DNA from: Candidatus Kapaibacterium sp.
GTDB taxonomy: Bacteria; Bacteroidota; Ignavibacteria; Kapaibacteriales; UBA4661
Assembly: GCA_004292595.1 (NCBI GenBank)
Contig: RDXM01000083.1
Span: 79,215 to 143,214, forward strand
Direction of reading: 5' to 3'
DNA length: 64,000 bases
A program made the translations under genes and the position numbers. This document shows positions 9,035 to 18,193 of this stretch, one piece after another (within the stretch, counting starts at the first letter, position 1; the number at the start of each line of letters is the position of its first letter). The notes under the pieces were generated by a model, which made no database searches, was not told the DNA's origin, and saw only the letters and a list, made by a program, of their open reading frames with translations.

Positions 9035-10150
9035 TCAGATTTTGATAAAGATTTTTTTCTTGTACAATACCCACGCAACCGCAAAAATAAGCAGGTTGTA
9101 GGTGATAGCAAAGGCAAGAGACGAATTATATGTGCTAGCAAAAAATGGATAAAAAGCGACGTTGTAGAGGATGTTTTTCATTGCCAATTCTTTCCCGTCG
9201 GGTTGGGTCACAGTCCAGAACAGCAACACTTTCATAAGCAAAATCGAAAGAACGTAGGTAGCAAGGGCGTTCATGCCATAAATGGTGAAAAACTTCGCCC
9301 AGCGTTGCCAGCCTTGAACGTCCATCATCCAGTAAAATGCACCAAGAAAAAGCAAGCCCCATCCTGCCATGAACACCGAATATGAGCTTGTCCAGAGGCT
9401 TTTGTTAATCGGCATTCCCCAATCCCAGACCCCGCCCACAAGCAAACACGCAAAACCAGCAAAGAGCATCCATGCAGCTTTTTCGTCGCGTGATTTTTCG
9501 GTTTTGAGCAAATATCCCGTCAGCGAGCCGAAAAGTGCCGTTGCAATAGCGGGAAGAGTGCTTAAAACTCCTTCGGGATCCCACGTTTTGGATTGCACCC
9601 ACATATGCCCTGTAAGCAGCATCGAATCTACATATGCAGCAAGATTTTTCCCAGGATCCATGAAGCCCGCACCAAGATTTGGTACAGGCACAAGGTACAT
9701 AATTGCATTGTAGAAAACAAGCAGTCCTGCCGTCCAAAGTGCTTGCGCTCGCACAGAAAAGTTCAGCATAATCAGTGCCGAGAGCGCGTAGCAAATGGCA
9801 ATACGCTGAAGAACACCAGGAATCCTAACAGTCGCAAAATTGAATTTTGGGATTAAATTAAGTAGGAATCCTAATAAAAAAATAATTGCAGCACGTTTTG
9901 CTACCTGCATGAACAAATCGGTCTTGCTGTCGCCACGCGCTACGCGGTGCGCCATTGAGTACGTCATGGAAACACCACCGATATAGATAAAGAATGGAAA
10001 AATCCAATCGGTAGGAGTCCAACCATTCCAATGCGCATGAAGAAGCTGCGGGTATGCTTGCGTCCACGAGCCAGGATTATTGACTAAAATCATGCCCGCA
10101 ACGGTGAATCCGCGAAAGGCATCTAAGGAAGCCAAACGTTCTGTTTTCAT
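9035..10150 (-). CDS. DUF1624/DUF5009 (HGSNAT-like) polytopic membrane acyltransferase, NagX-like.
   Basis: The N-terminus RLASLDAFRGFTVAGMILVNNPGSW is typical of the heparan-alpha-glucosaminide N-acetyltransferase/NagX family. There are about 11 TM segments, and the gene is a neighbour of nagB. Confidence 0.6.
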   Translation of the reverse strand: MKTERLASLDAFRGFTVAGMILVNNPGSWTQAYPQLLHAHWNGWTPTDWIFPFFIYIGGVSMTYSMAHRVARGDSKTDLFMQVAKRAAIIFLLGFLLNLIPKFNFATVRIPGVLQRIAICYALSALIMLNFSVRAQALWTAGLLVFYNAIMYLVPVPNLGAGFMDPGKNLAAYVDSMLLTGHMWVQSKTWDPEGVLSTLPAIATALFGSLTGYLLKTEKSRDEKAAWMLFAGFACLLVGGVWDWGMPINKSLWTSSYSVFMAGWGLLFLGAFYWMMDVQGWQRWAKFFTIYGMNALATYVLSILLMKVLLFWTVTQPDGKELAMKNILYNVAFYPFFASTYNSSLAFAITYNLLIFAVAWVLYKKKIFIKI

Positions 10151-10260
10151 AGTGTTTCCGTTATGTTATGAGATTGTCTCCGCGTTGATGAAAAATTGCC
10201 TTGCCATGAAGAACAGGCAAACGTGCCTGTTGTATCGAAGCCAGTATCCTCTACGATGCG

Positions 10261-12783
10261 TTACTTCCCTGCCTTACTTAAACTAATATTCGCAATATCC
10301 CGCAACACAGCATCATGCACTGCCGGACGCACCGCACGAATCTTGATGTTTTCCGAGGTTGGATGCACACGATTGGTGAGAAAAACAACGCACAGTTCTT
10401 TCGTCGGGTCGCACCAAACGCTTGTTCCCGTGTAGCCAGTATGTCCGAAAGAAACAGCAGCAAAACCGTCTCCACACGAGCCTTTGCCCTCGCCTTTTGT
10501 GTCCCAGCCTATGGCTCGCGTATTCGATTTTTCCTGCCGTGTGGTAAAAAGTTTCACCGTTTCGGGTCGAATAAACGGCGTTTTCCCGCTTTCAGGGAAA
10601 TAGATCGCTTTCAAAAGCTGGCAAACATCGCCCACACTACCAAACAACCCCGCATGACCAGCCACCCCACCCAACAAGGCAGCACGGGGGTCATGGACAA
10701 GAGGGCGCGTAAATGCTTGCTTCCAGAGCTTATCTTCTTCGGTAGGCACACAGCGCGAAAGAATATCACCTTTCGGAATAAAACCTAACGACGGAATACC
10801 AATCGGGCGAGCAATGTTTTCTGCAAAATACACATCCAGCGTTTTTCCCGTGATGCGCCGAACAATCTCACCAAGGGTGATAAAACCTAAATCGCTGTAC
10901 ACCATAGAATCACCCGTTTTATAGACGAGCTTTTCGTTATACAGAGCTTGCATTGCGGCATCTGCCCCTTGCACCTGCTGGTCGTAGGGACGAAATGCTG
11001 CCAAACCAGAATTATGCAGCAAAAGGTTAGAAATCCTAACATTTTTTTTTCCATTCGCTGCAAATTCTGGAATATACTTCGCTACGCTATCCTCTAACTT
11101 GATTTTTCCTTCATCGTATAACTTCAAAAAACACGTTGTTGTGGCAAGAACTTTTGTTAAGGATGCCATATCGTACACGGATTCTGTTGTTGTTTTTGCT
11201 GCGGTATGTGCGTAGGTCATTGTTCCGAATGCTTCTTGCGCTACAATTTTTCCTTTCCAAATCACGCCCAAACACGCCGAAGGAAAGGCAGAATCATAGA
11301 TGGAGCGCAGAATAACTTTTCGTGCGCTTTCAAAATCAAGGTCTTGCTGCACAGCAGTATTGATGTCGTTCTGCACACTGTTTTTATCGCTTGTGTTGTC
11401 TAGTGCGCCTCGTTTTTTCGCTTCATCGGCTTGTTTTTGCAAAAATTCTTTTGTGTAAATCAAGTATTTTTGTCGCTTTTTCTCAAACTCACGCACTTCG
11501 GCTTGTAAAGATTTTTCAATATCTTCGGGCGTTTTTCCTGCTTTTATCATCGCAATAACTTTGCGCGAACCCAAACTGCGTCCTGCGCGGTCGAGTTCTT
11601 TACTGCGAATCGAATCGGGCAGCATTGTGTATAATTCCTGAGCCACCGTTAGTGTTGTGAACAACGGCTTGATAACAGCGCGATTCGTTATTTTCAAGGA
11701 GAAACCATAACACTGTTTCCCCGCTAGTTTTGAGCTTTCGGGATTGAATACCATTGCGGAACATTCTAGTCCAGGCAATTTTTTTGCATCAATACGCCGA
11801 CCAAATTGCAACCCATTCGCAAAGTTCATACCAGGAATACTTACGCCATATGTTGTAAAGGGCGAATCGGTACCGCGCCCAACGCTCCACGTTATATCTT
11901 CCAGCGAACCCAACAAATGATAACCAATCACTGCATCCATTGAGCGAATGTTCGGACTAGGATTGCGCCAAGGAAAAGCAGGCTCTTGCTCGTCATAGAA
12001 TTTATTCGCCTGATAGCCTTGCATCGTAATCACCGTAAGTTTTGCATTGATGCCAAATTCTGTATTGTAGAATTGCGCAAGTTCGCCAATGGTCATACCA
12101 TGTGCAATCGGAATAGGATAATAACTGGCAAATCCGCCTTGAAACTCTTTTTCCAAAATTGGACCATATACGCCAAGCGGTGCTGCCATATTTGGGCGGT
12201 CGAGCACAAAAAAGGGTATTCCTGCTTGAGCGGCGGCTTTCATACAATACGCCATCGTCGTTGCATATGTGTAATATCGTACTCCGATTTCTTGAATATC
12301 GAACACTAAAGCATCCACGCCTTGCAATTCTTCTGGCGACGGCTCTTTTTTCTTTTCCTGATACAAGGAATAAATCGGCAATCCCGTTGCAGAGTCCGTT
12401 TCGTTTTTGTTCAGCAATTCATCTTTTGTGCCACGAATGCCATGCTCTGGCGCGAAGAGCTTTGTTACCAAGCCCTGTTTGTGGAAAATATCAACGGCAT
12501 GGTCGCCCGAGCGTGTAACAGCAGAATGATTGACAATCAAACCAATCTTTTTCCCGCGAAGTGGCGCAAAATCTTGGCTTTGCAATACTTCCAGCCCTAC
12601 CTTGAAAGGAAGAAGTGTGGCATTTTTGGGAGGATTCTGTGCGCACACACTCAATGCCGTGGCAGTGATTATCACCAATGCAAACAGATATGCGGCTTGA
12701 TAACGAAAAGAAGTATTCATAATACATTCAAAAAAAATAGAGGAAGTTCCAAAAAGAATTTCGTGCCAAACCGCACACAACAA
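10261..12783 (-). CDS. Fusion protein: an N-terminal DUF1343/NamZ-like (exo-beta-N-acetylmuramidase family) domain plus a C-terminal beta-lactamase-fold serine hydrolase.
   Basis: 840 aa with a signal peptide. The N-terminal half is DUF1343-like. The C-terminal half carries an SxxK motif (DMASLTKVLATT) and a later YSDLG, typical of class C/PBP4-type serine hydrolases. Confidence 0.7.
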   Translation of the reverse strand: MLCAVWHEILFGTSSIFFECIMNTSFRYQAAYLFALVIITATALSVCAQNPPKNATLLPFKVGLEVLQSQDFAPLRGKKIGLIVNHSAVTRSGDHAVDIFHKQGLVTKLFAPEHGIRGTKDELLNKNETDSATGLPIYSLYQEKKKEPSPEELQGVDALVFDIQEIGVRYYTYATTMAYCMKAAAQAGIPFFVLDRPNMAAPLGVYGPILEKEFQGGFASYYPIPIAHGMTIGELAQFYNTEFGINAKLTVITMQGYQANKFYDEQEPAFPWRNPSPNIRSMDAVIGYHLLGSLEDITWSVGRGTDSPFTTYGVSIPGMNFANGLQFGRRIDAKKLPGLECSAMVFNPESSKLAGKQCYGFSLKITNRAVIKPLFTTLTVAQELYTMLPDSIRSKELDRAGRSLGSRKVIAMIKAGKTPEDIEKSLQAEVREFEKKRQKYLIYTKEFLQKQADEAKKRGALDNTSDKNSVQNDINTAVQQDLDFESARKVILRSIYDSAFPSACLGVIWKGKIVAQEAFGTMTYAHTAAKTTTESVYDMASLTKVLATTTCFLKLYDEGKIKLEDSVAKYIPEFAANGKKNVRISNLLLHNSGLAAFRPYDQQVQGADAAMQALYNEKLVYKTGDSMVYSDLGFITLGEIVRRITGKTLDVYFAENIARPIGIPSLGFIPKGDILSRCVPTEEDKLWKQAFTRPLVHDPRAALLGGVAGHAGLFGSVGDVCQLLKAIYFPESGKTPFIRPETVKLFTTRQEKSNTRAIGWDTKGEGKGSCGDGFAAVSFGHTGYTGTSVWCDPTKELCVVFLTNRVHPTSENIKIRAVRPAVHDAVLRDIANISLSKAGK

Positions 12784-12919
12784 CGCACAAAAACAATACC
12801 ACTCAACGGCTTTTCAAGACTACGCAAAAAGCACACGGAGAACAAGCGTCGCGTGTGCTTTTATCGAAGAACAGCTATACCAGAAGCGGGTAAGAATTGC
12901 CTATCAAGAAACAAAGGAA

Positions 12920-13112
12920 TGAGATGTAGTCCACCTCTTAGAGGTCTAGTCTATGCACACATTTTTTGTCTGCTTGCTGCAAACGCAGGTTTTATGCGGG
13001 TGAAATGTAGTCCACCTTAAAGGTGGACTACATTTGCGGCAGCCACAACACACGTATTGATGGGCTTTTCAGACTTGTGTGCATAGACTAGCTTAGAGGC
13101 AGACCACATCTT
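12920..13112. repeat. Nested inverted-repeat structure with a perfect central palindrome (atgtagtccaccttaaaggtggactacat).
   Basis: The outer arms are ttagaggtctagtctatgcacaca (about 12938..12961) and tgtgtgcatagactagcttagagg (about 13075..13100). The motif atgtagtccacct occurs three times. The structure lies between two minus-strand genes. Confidence 0.5.
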
Positions 13113-13125
13113 ACCTTCGTTCACA

Positions 13126-13521
13126 TTAGGAAATCATACCCAGACCTTGCAACGTGCTAATGACTTTTTCTCGGTCAATCGGTTTAATCAAGTACGCCTC
13201 GCATTGATGCTTGAATGCTGCTTTTACATTGGCGAAGTCGCCCAGAGCGGTTGTCATAACAACCTTTGCTCCAGAAAGCGAGAAAACGCCATGTTGTTGC
13301 TCTAATTCACGAATATTTTTTAGCACATCCTGTCCCGTCATTTCGGGAACCATAATATCTAAGAAAACAACATCAAATTTATTTGGTGTTTGTAATGCAG
13401 CCTGAAATTTTTCTAGTGCCTCACGCCCATTTTCCGCCGTAACAACCTCACCGTAAGGCGCGAGAATTTCCGTCATGACACTGCGGCTTACGAACTCATC
13501 TTCCATTACGAGCATTTTCAT
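13126..13521 (-). CDS. Single-domain response regulator (CheY-like receiver).
   Basis: The pattern MKMLVMEDE...DVVFLDIMVPEMTG...IKP contains the D-D-K receiver residues. It is a paralog of the REC domain of the Hpt-REC protein at 16350..17657. Confidence 0.85.
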   Translation of the reverse strand: MKMLVMEDEFVSRSVMTEILAPYGEVVTAENGREALEKFQAALQTPNKFDVVFLDIMVPEMTGQDVLKNIRELEQQHGVFSLSGAKVVMTTALGDFANVKAAFKHQCEAYLIKPIDREKVISTLQGLGMIS

Positions 13522-13646
13522 ACCATATCCTTGAATTCTTGTAAAATTTTGATTTTTAAAGACTAACTAGTATTATTTTTATAGTTGCTGGATATTCCCA
13601 CTTTGATAGCAAACAACCAAAAGCTACGTGCGATTTCCCAGCTATA

Positions 13647-16148
13647 TCATGATAAAAACTGCTTCCACGCACCAAAACGAAAGAAAGAATCTAACTGAGA
13701 AATTTCTTCTTGCAGCATACCAAATAACGATGGTGCTTCATGCAGCATACCATTTTTACCAATTTTCTCCAACTGAGCGCATAAATCCAAACATCGTTCT
13801 GCACCAAAATTCCCGACCGCCGATTTGAGTTTGTGGGCGCAGGCGTGCAAATTCACTGCATTATTTTCTTGCACAGCCAATTCAATCGCCGCCAAATCCA
13901 CAGAGTAATTCTGTAAGAAATACGTGATGAGTTTTTCAACAATGTCTTTTTTGCCATTGACCGCCTGCAAAAGGCGAGAAATGTCTGCTGGAGGCGTACC
14001 AGTCCAGATGGGCTGCATCTGTTTTTCATTATCTATTGTACTTCTACCATTTGCATCAAATCCGTTCTGTGCTTGCAGAGTTGCTTCATCGGATGTAGCA
14101 TTTTTCGCTTGCAACAGCCGCCAGATTGCATCGTATAATTTAGCAAAATCCAAAGGCTTTGTGACAACATCATCCATTCCTGCGCGGCGGCACATATCGG
14201 CATCTTGCGGAGTTGCATGGGCAGTAATACCAATAATGGGCAAATGCCGACGTGTGATTTTTTCATGCGCCCGAATAGCGGCGGTTGCTGTTAAGCCATC
14301 CATTTCTGGCATTTGGACATCCATCAAAATAATATCAACATCGAAGTTGGTGCGTTCTAATTCATCCAATGCTTCTTGACCATTGCCCACCATCAGGAGT
14401 TCCCAGCCATTGATACCGAGCGTTTCGCGCAATACAGCTTGATTTATCGGACTATCCTCTGCAACCAAAACGCGGAGCTGTCTGCTACTCGGAATTGCCT
14501 TAGGTGCATCTCCCGATGATGTGCGGACGAATGTTGCATTTTGCGCTTCTTCCTGAAGCTGCGTAATCGGCAAACGTACGGTAAAACCGAAGGTGGAACC
14601 GCGCCCTGCCTCGCTTTTGCACCACACGCCACCGCCCATCATTTCTGCAAGTTGTTTCGCAATGGCAAGCCCTAAGCCAGTTCCGCCGTATTTTCGCGTA
14701 AAGGAAGGGTCGATTTGACTAAAACTTTTGAACAATTTGTCCATTTTATCCTGCGCAATACCAATCCCAGAGTCTTGCACGACGCACTCGACAAGTGCAG
14801 AATTATCTTTTGCTTCGAGCAATCGAGCCGAAACCCGCACCGTGCCTTTGTCGGTGAATTTCATTGCATTGGCAATAAAATTATTCAAAATTTGCTTAAA
14901 ACGAATAGCATCGCCAACTAAGCGAGCCGGAATCGCCTCATCAACATTCATTTGTAGCTCTAACCCTTTATTCTGAGCTTGTGTGCGGAAAATCTCACAC
15001 ACATCAGCAATAAGCGTTTTAATATCAATCGGAATATTTTCAAATTCTAGTTTCTGCGCTTCAATTTTGGAAATATCCAAAATATCATTGATAATGTACA
15101 GCAGCGAATCTGCCGAAACCCGCACCATACGCAAGTATTCATGTTGCTTTGTCGTTAGATTATCCCCACTGACAAGCAGACTACTCATGCCAATAATCCC
15201 ATTGAGCGGTGTGCGTAGTTCGTGGCTCATATTTGCCAAGAACGTGCTTTTTGCGTCATTGGCAGCTTCAGCAATTTCTTTTGCCCGCACAATTTCTACT
15301 GTCCGCTCCGCAACGCGACGTTCCAGTTCTTCATTAATGCTCTTCATTGTTTCTTCTGCAGTTTTGCGCTCGGTAATATCTATACTTGCAAATACCGCCG
15401 CTTCGCCGTGATGATATTTTCGCCCAATTACAAAAAAGGTTTTGAGTCCGAGTGGCGTTTGTGTCTCAAGCTCAAACTCTGTTGTATCATTAGGGCTTTC
15501 AAAAAATTGTTGAATCAATTCCTTAAATCTCATTGTTCCGAACTGCTGGATAAACCCAACTTCTTTCCCCGCATACTCACTTGCTGGAACCCCCATGACG
15601 CTTTCAATGTGGTTGTTCACGCCAAGATATTTCAAATCTCTGCTAATCCACGAAATAGTGCCAGGAACAGAATTCAACACCGCCTCAAGCTGCTCTTTTG
15701 TTTCTTGCACTACTTTTCGCTGCTCGGCAAGCTGCTTCTCTACCAGCAACGTATTGACGGCGCGTTCTATCGCAACATACAGTTTTTCTTGCTTTACAGG
15801 CTTAATGATGTATTGGTCAATACCAATTTCAATCGCATTTAAGAGAAAATCTGTGCGGTCATATGCAGTGGTCAGAATAATTGGAATGCGGCTATTGTGC
15901 ATACGAATACGACGCGACATCTCCATGCCGTCCATTATCGGCATCGCAACATCAGCAACAATCACATCTGGCTGATATTTTTCAAACATCGCTAAACCTT
16001 CCTGTCCATCTTGTGCCAAGACAACTTTTTCGACGCGCTTTTCGAGCAGCATCTTTGTTAAAAGACGAATAGCGGGGTCGTCCTCCACATACAGAATGAC
16101 GACGGGCAGTTTGTCGAGGGATTGCGTTTGCTGGGTTACTTGGCTCAT
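13647..16148 (-). CDS. Hybrid sensor histidine kinase: REC - PAS - HisKA - HATPase - REC - Hpt.
   Basis: The H-box [14 protein letters not shown], the G-boxes DSGIGI and [11 protein letters not shown], two receiver domains (VVILYVEDD and LRVLVAEDS) and a C-terminal Hpt ([18 protein letters not shown]). Confidence 0.9.
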   Translation of the reverse strand: MSQVTQQTQSLDKLPVVILYVEDDPAIRLLTKMLLEKRVEKVVLAQDGQEGLAMFEKYQPDVIVADVAMPIMDGMEMSRRIRMHNSRIPIILTTAYDRTDFLLNAIEIGIDQYIIKPVKQEKLYVAIERAVNTLLVEKQLAEQRKVVQETKEQLEAVLNSVPGTISWISRDLKYLGVNNHIESVMGVPASEYAGKEVGFIQQFGTMRFKELIQQFFESPNDTTEFELETQTPLGLKTFFVIGRKYHHGEAAVFASIDITERKTAEETMKSINEELERRVAERTVEIVRAKEIAEAANDAKSTFLANMSHELRTPLNGIIGMSSLLVSGDNLTTKQHEYLRMVRVSADSLLYIINDILDISKIEAQKLEFENIPIDIKTLIADVCEIFRTQAQNKGLELQMNVDEAIPARLVGDAIRFKQILNNFIANAMKFTDKGTVRVSARLLEAKDNSALVECVVQDSGIGIAQDKMDKLFKSFSQIDPSFTRKYGGTGLGLAIAKQLAEMMGGGVWCKSEAGRGSTFGFTVRLPITQLQEEAQNATFVRTSSGDAPKAIPSSRQLRVLVAEDSPINQAVLRETLGINGWELLMVGNGQEALDELERTNFDVDIILMDVQMPEMDGLTATAAIRAHEKITRRHLPIIGITAHATPQDADMCRRAGMDDVVTKPLDFAKLYDAIWRLLQAKNATSDEATLQAQNGFDANGRSTIDNEKQMQPIWTGTPPADISRLLQAVNGKKDIVEKLITYFLQNYSVDLAAIELAVQENNAVNLHACAHKLKSAVGNFGAERCLDLCAQLEKIGKNGMLHEAPSLFGMLQEEISQLDSFFRFGAWKQFLS

Positions 16149-16349
16149 AAAGAATCGGAATGATGAGTCGAAAGGTCGGAATGATGAGTCAGAATGACGT
16201 TAGAAAATATCGTCAAAAACCATGAAAAATATAAAAAGCATGATACGACAACACTTTACGGCAAGGAAGACGGTGCAACAACAAGTACGAACAGACATCG
16301 TAAATTAAACTCTCTTGTACGCTCCAAAGCCGAACAAAGCTCTGGCTGG

Positions 16350-17657
16350 CTATTCTTCCAATAAATGGAGTTTTCGTAATTGATTGAGAACTTTTGCCCG
16401 CGAAATTGGCTTCGTAATATACGCATCGCATTGCAAACGAAATGCCTTGAAGATTTGGTCCATGCTATCAAGTGCAGTAGTCATCACAATTTTTGAGCGT
16501 TGTTGAATCGGGAGGTGCTTTTTGTCCTCCATCTCTCGAATGCCCTTCAAGGCTTGTGTTCCGTCCATCATCGGCATCATAATATCCAAACAGATGAGGT
16601 CGTATCCACCGCCATCATTGAGCGTTTGCTCATATGCCAATAGGGCTTCGCGCCCGTCGGCAGCAAGGTCGCACACTCCAAAGGGTGATAAAATTTCGTG
16701 AATAACGGTGCGACTGACAAAATCATCCTCTGCAATCAGAATATTCATCTTTTTGATAGAACGAACCTCTTTTTGCGCAGGCGCAGCCTGCACGGAGGCG
16801 GTTTGCACGGGCGCGTTCGCGGAAGAACTTCCAGAAACACGACCTGCTGAGGCTTGCGAGGCATTTCCTTGAACAACTGGTGCTTCTGGACTTGAAGAAG
16901 ACGCGCTGCTCGCTTTGCTGAGTACTTTCTCGACATCCACAGGCTTCACTGGGTCGAAAATATGCATTTCTAATTCATCCAGTTCAAAGGTTGTGGCTAT
17001 CACAAGACGCATCACCGATTCGGCTTCTGTGCGTGGTAAGTTCTTGTATTCGGGATAGGTGGCGATATGGATTCCCACATCCCGAATATCGTCGTAGATA
17101 GGCAAGGTTTCATAGCTATCTTGCGAAAGATGCTGCGGATTGATAATTTTTTCTATCTGGTACACATTGAACTTTTCCCGCACCATTCCCGCCAGTAACC
17201 CGCGCTGGCGCTCACTCAGTGGAAATTGTAGGTCAATAAAATTCTTTCCCTTTGCACTCCTTCCGCCCCTGCGTTGCTGGGCTTCCTCGTGAATCTGCTC
17301 TAATTCACGTTGCAAGACAACAAGCTCCGCATGATGCTCTGTCGGAAGAAAAACATTGAACCGCATCGCATCTACCGCCATAAGGGATTTGTGAACAAGA
17401 AGTTGCGTCGGCTCGGCAAGTCCATTGCGCACTAAATCAAAGTTTGATTCTACTGCGTGAATAAGCTGCGACGAAGCATCGCGCTGGGCAAGCCCAAGTG
17501 TGCTTTTGAGGTTGTGTGCGATACGAAAGATTTGGTGAACACTCTCGGTCTTATCACTTTGTGTGTCCAGCATTTCCTCAAAGTTGAGAAGCAACTGCTC
17601 TAAACGTTCTATGAGGTCGATAATATCGCTCAGTTGGGATTCTTGGTCGTCCATCAT
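16350..17657 (-). CDS. Hpt domain - unknown linker (about 200 aa) - receiver domain protein.
   Basis: The N-terminal Hpt-like HQIFRIAHNLKSTLGLA matches FRxaHtlKG. The C-terminal REC is MNILIAEDDFVSRTV...ICLDIMMPMMDG. The middle region is Ala/Ser/Gln-rich. Confidence 0.7.
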   Translation of the reverse strand: MMDDQESQLSDIIDLIERLEQLLLNFEEMLDTQSDKTESVHQIFRIAHNLKSTLGLAQRDASSQLIHAVESNFDLVRNGLAEPTQLLVHKSLMAVDAMRFNVFLPTEHHAELVVLQRELEQIHEEAQQRRGGRSAKGKNFIDLQFPLSERQRGLLAGMVREKFNVYQIEKIINPQHLSQDSYETLPIYDDIRDVGIHIATYPEYKNLPRTEAESVMRLVIATTFELDELEMHIFDPVKPVDVEKVLSKASSASSSSPEAPVVQGNASQASAGRVSGSSSANAPVQTASVQAAPAQKEVRSIKKMNILIAEDDFVSRTVIHEILSPFGVCDLAADGREALLAYEQTLNDGGGYDLICLDIMMPMMDGTQALKGIREMEDKKHLPIQQRSKIVMTTALDSMDQIFKAFRLQCDAYITKPISRAKVLNQLRKLHLLEE

Positions 17658-17734
17658 GAGATTGCGTCCGAATGGTCTAAGATATGAAAAAATCGGGAAA
17701 ATGGTACATTCATTCCACTACTTGTTTGTATGAA

Positions 17735-18106
17735 CTATAACAAACCAACCGCTTTCAAGGCAGTTTTCATGCGGTCGCCAGAGAAAGGCTTTACTAAATA
17801 ATGGTTTGCACCAAGCTGTTGCAATTTTGCTTGCATTTCGGGGCTATCCAGCGTCGAAAGCATAACAACGGGGGTTTTTCCAGCAGTCGCGTGCTTGCGC
17901 ACTCGTTTCAAAAATTCCATTCCGTTCATGTTTGGCATTTCAATATCAGAAAAAATGACATCGAAGGTTTTGGAATCTAATACTTTTAAGCCTTGAATGC
18001 CATCCTCGGCTAAATCAACCTTAAAGCCAGACATTGCAAGAAAGGTGCGCGTTGCCGAGCGATGAATCTCGGTATCATCAACGACTAAAGCAGTCTTGAA
18101 AGCCAT
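17735..18106 (-). CDS. cheY: CheY-like single-domain response regulator.
   Basis: 123 aa with LVVDDTEIHR...DVIFSDIEMPNMNG...LVKPF. Confidence 0.85.
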   Translation of the reverse strand: MAFKTALVVDDTEIHRSATRTFLAMSGFKVDLAEDGIQGLKVLDSKTFDVIFSDIEMPNMNGMEFLKRVRKHATAGKTPVVMLSTLDSPEMQAKLQQLGANHYLVKPFSGDRMKTALKAVGLL

Positions 18107-18193
18107 CGGAATACTCCTTTAAAAAAGAAAGAAGAGTAAAAATGAAGAGTAATTGTTTGCAAAAGGAAGACCACTTCTGCGCATGAGAGAAGC

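Noticed and set aside
12322-13020. 232 aa plus-strand ORF overlapping the 5' end of the NamZ-fusion gene and the nested inverted-repeat region.
   Set aside because: It spans a non-coding palindromic structure and the antisense of a well-supported gene, and has an Arg/Cys-rich composition.
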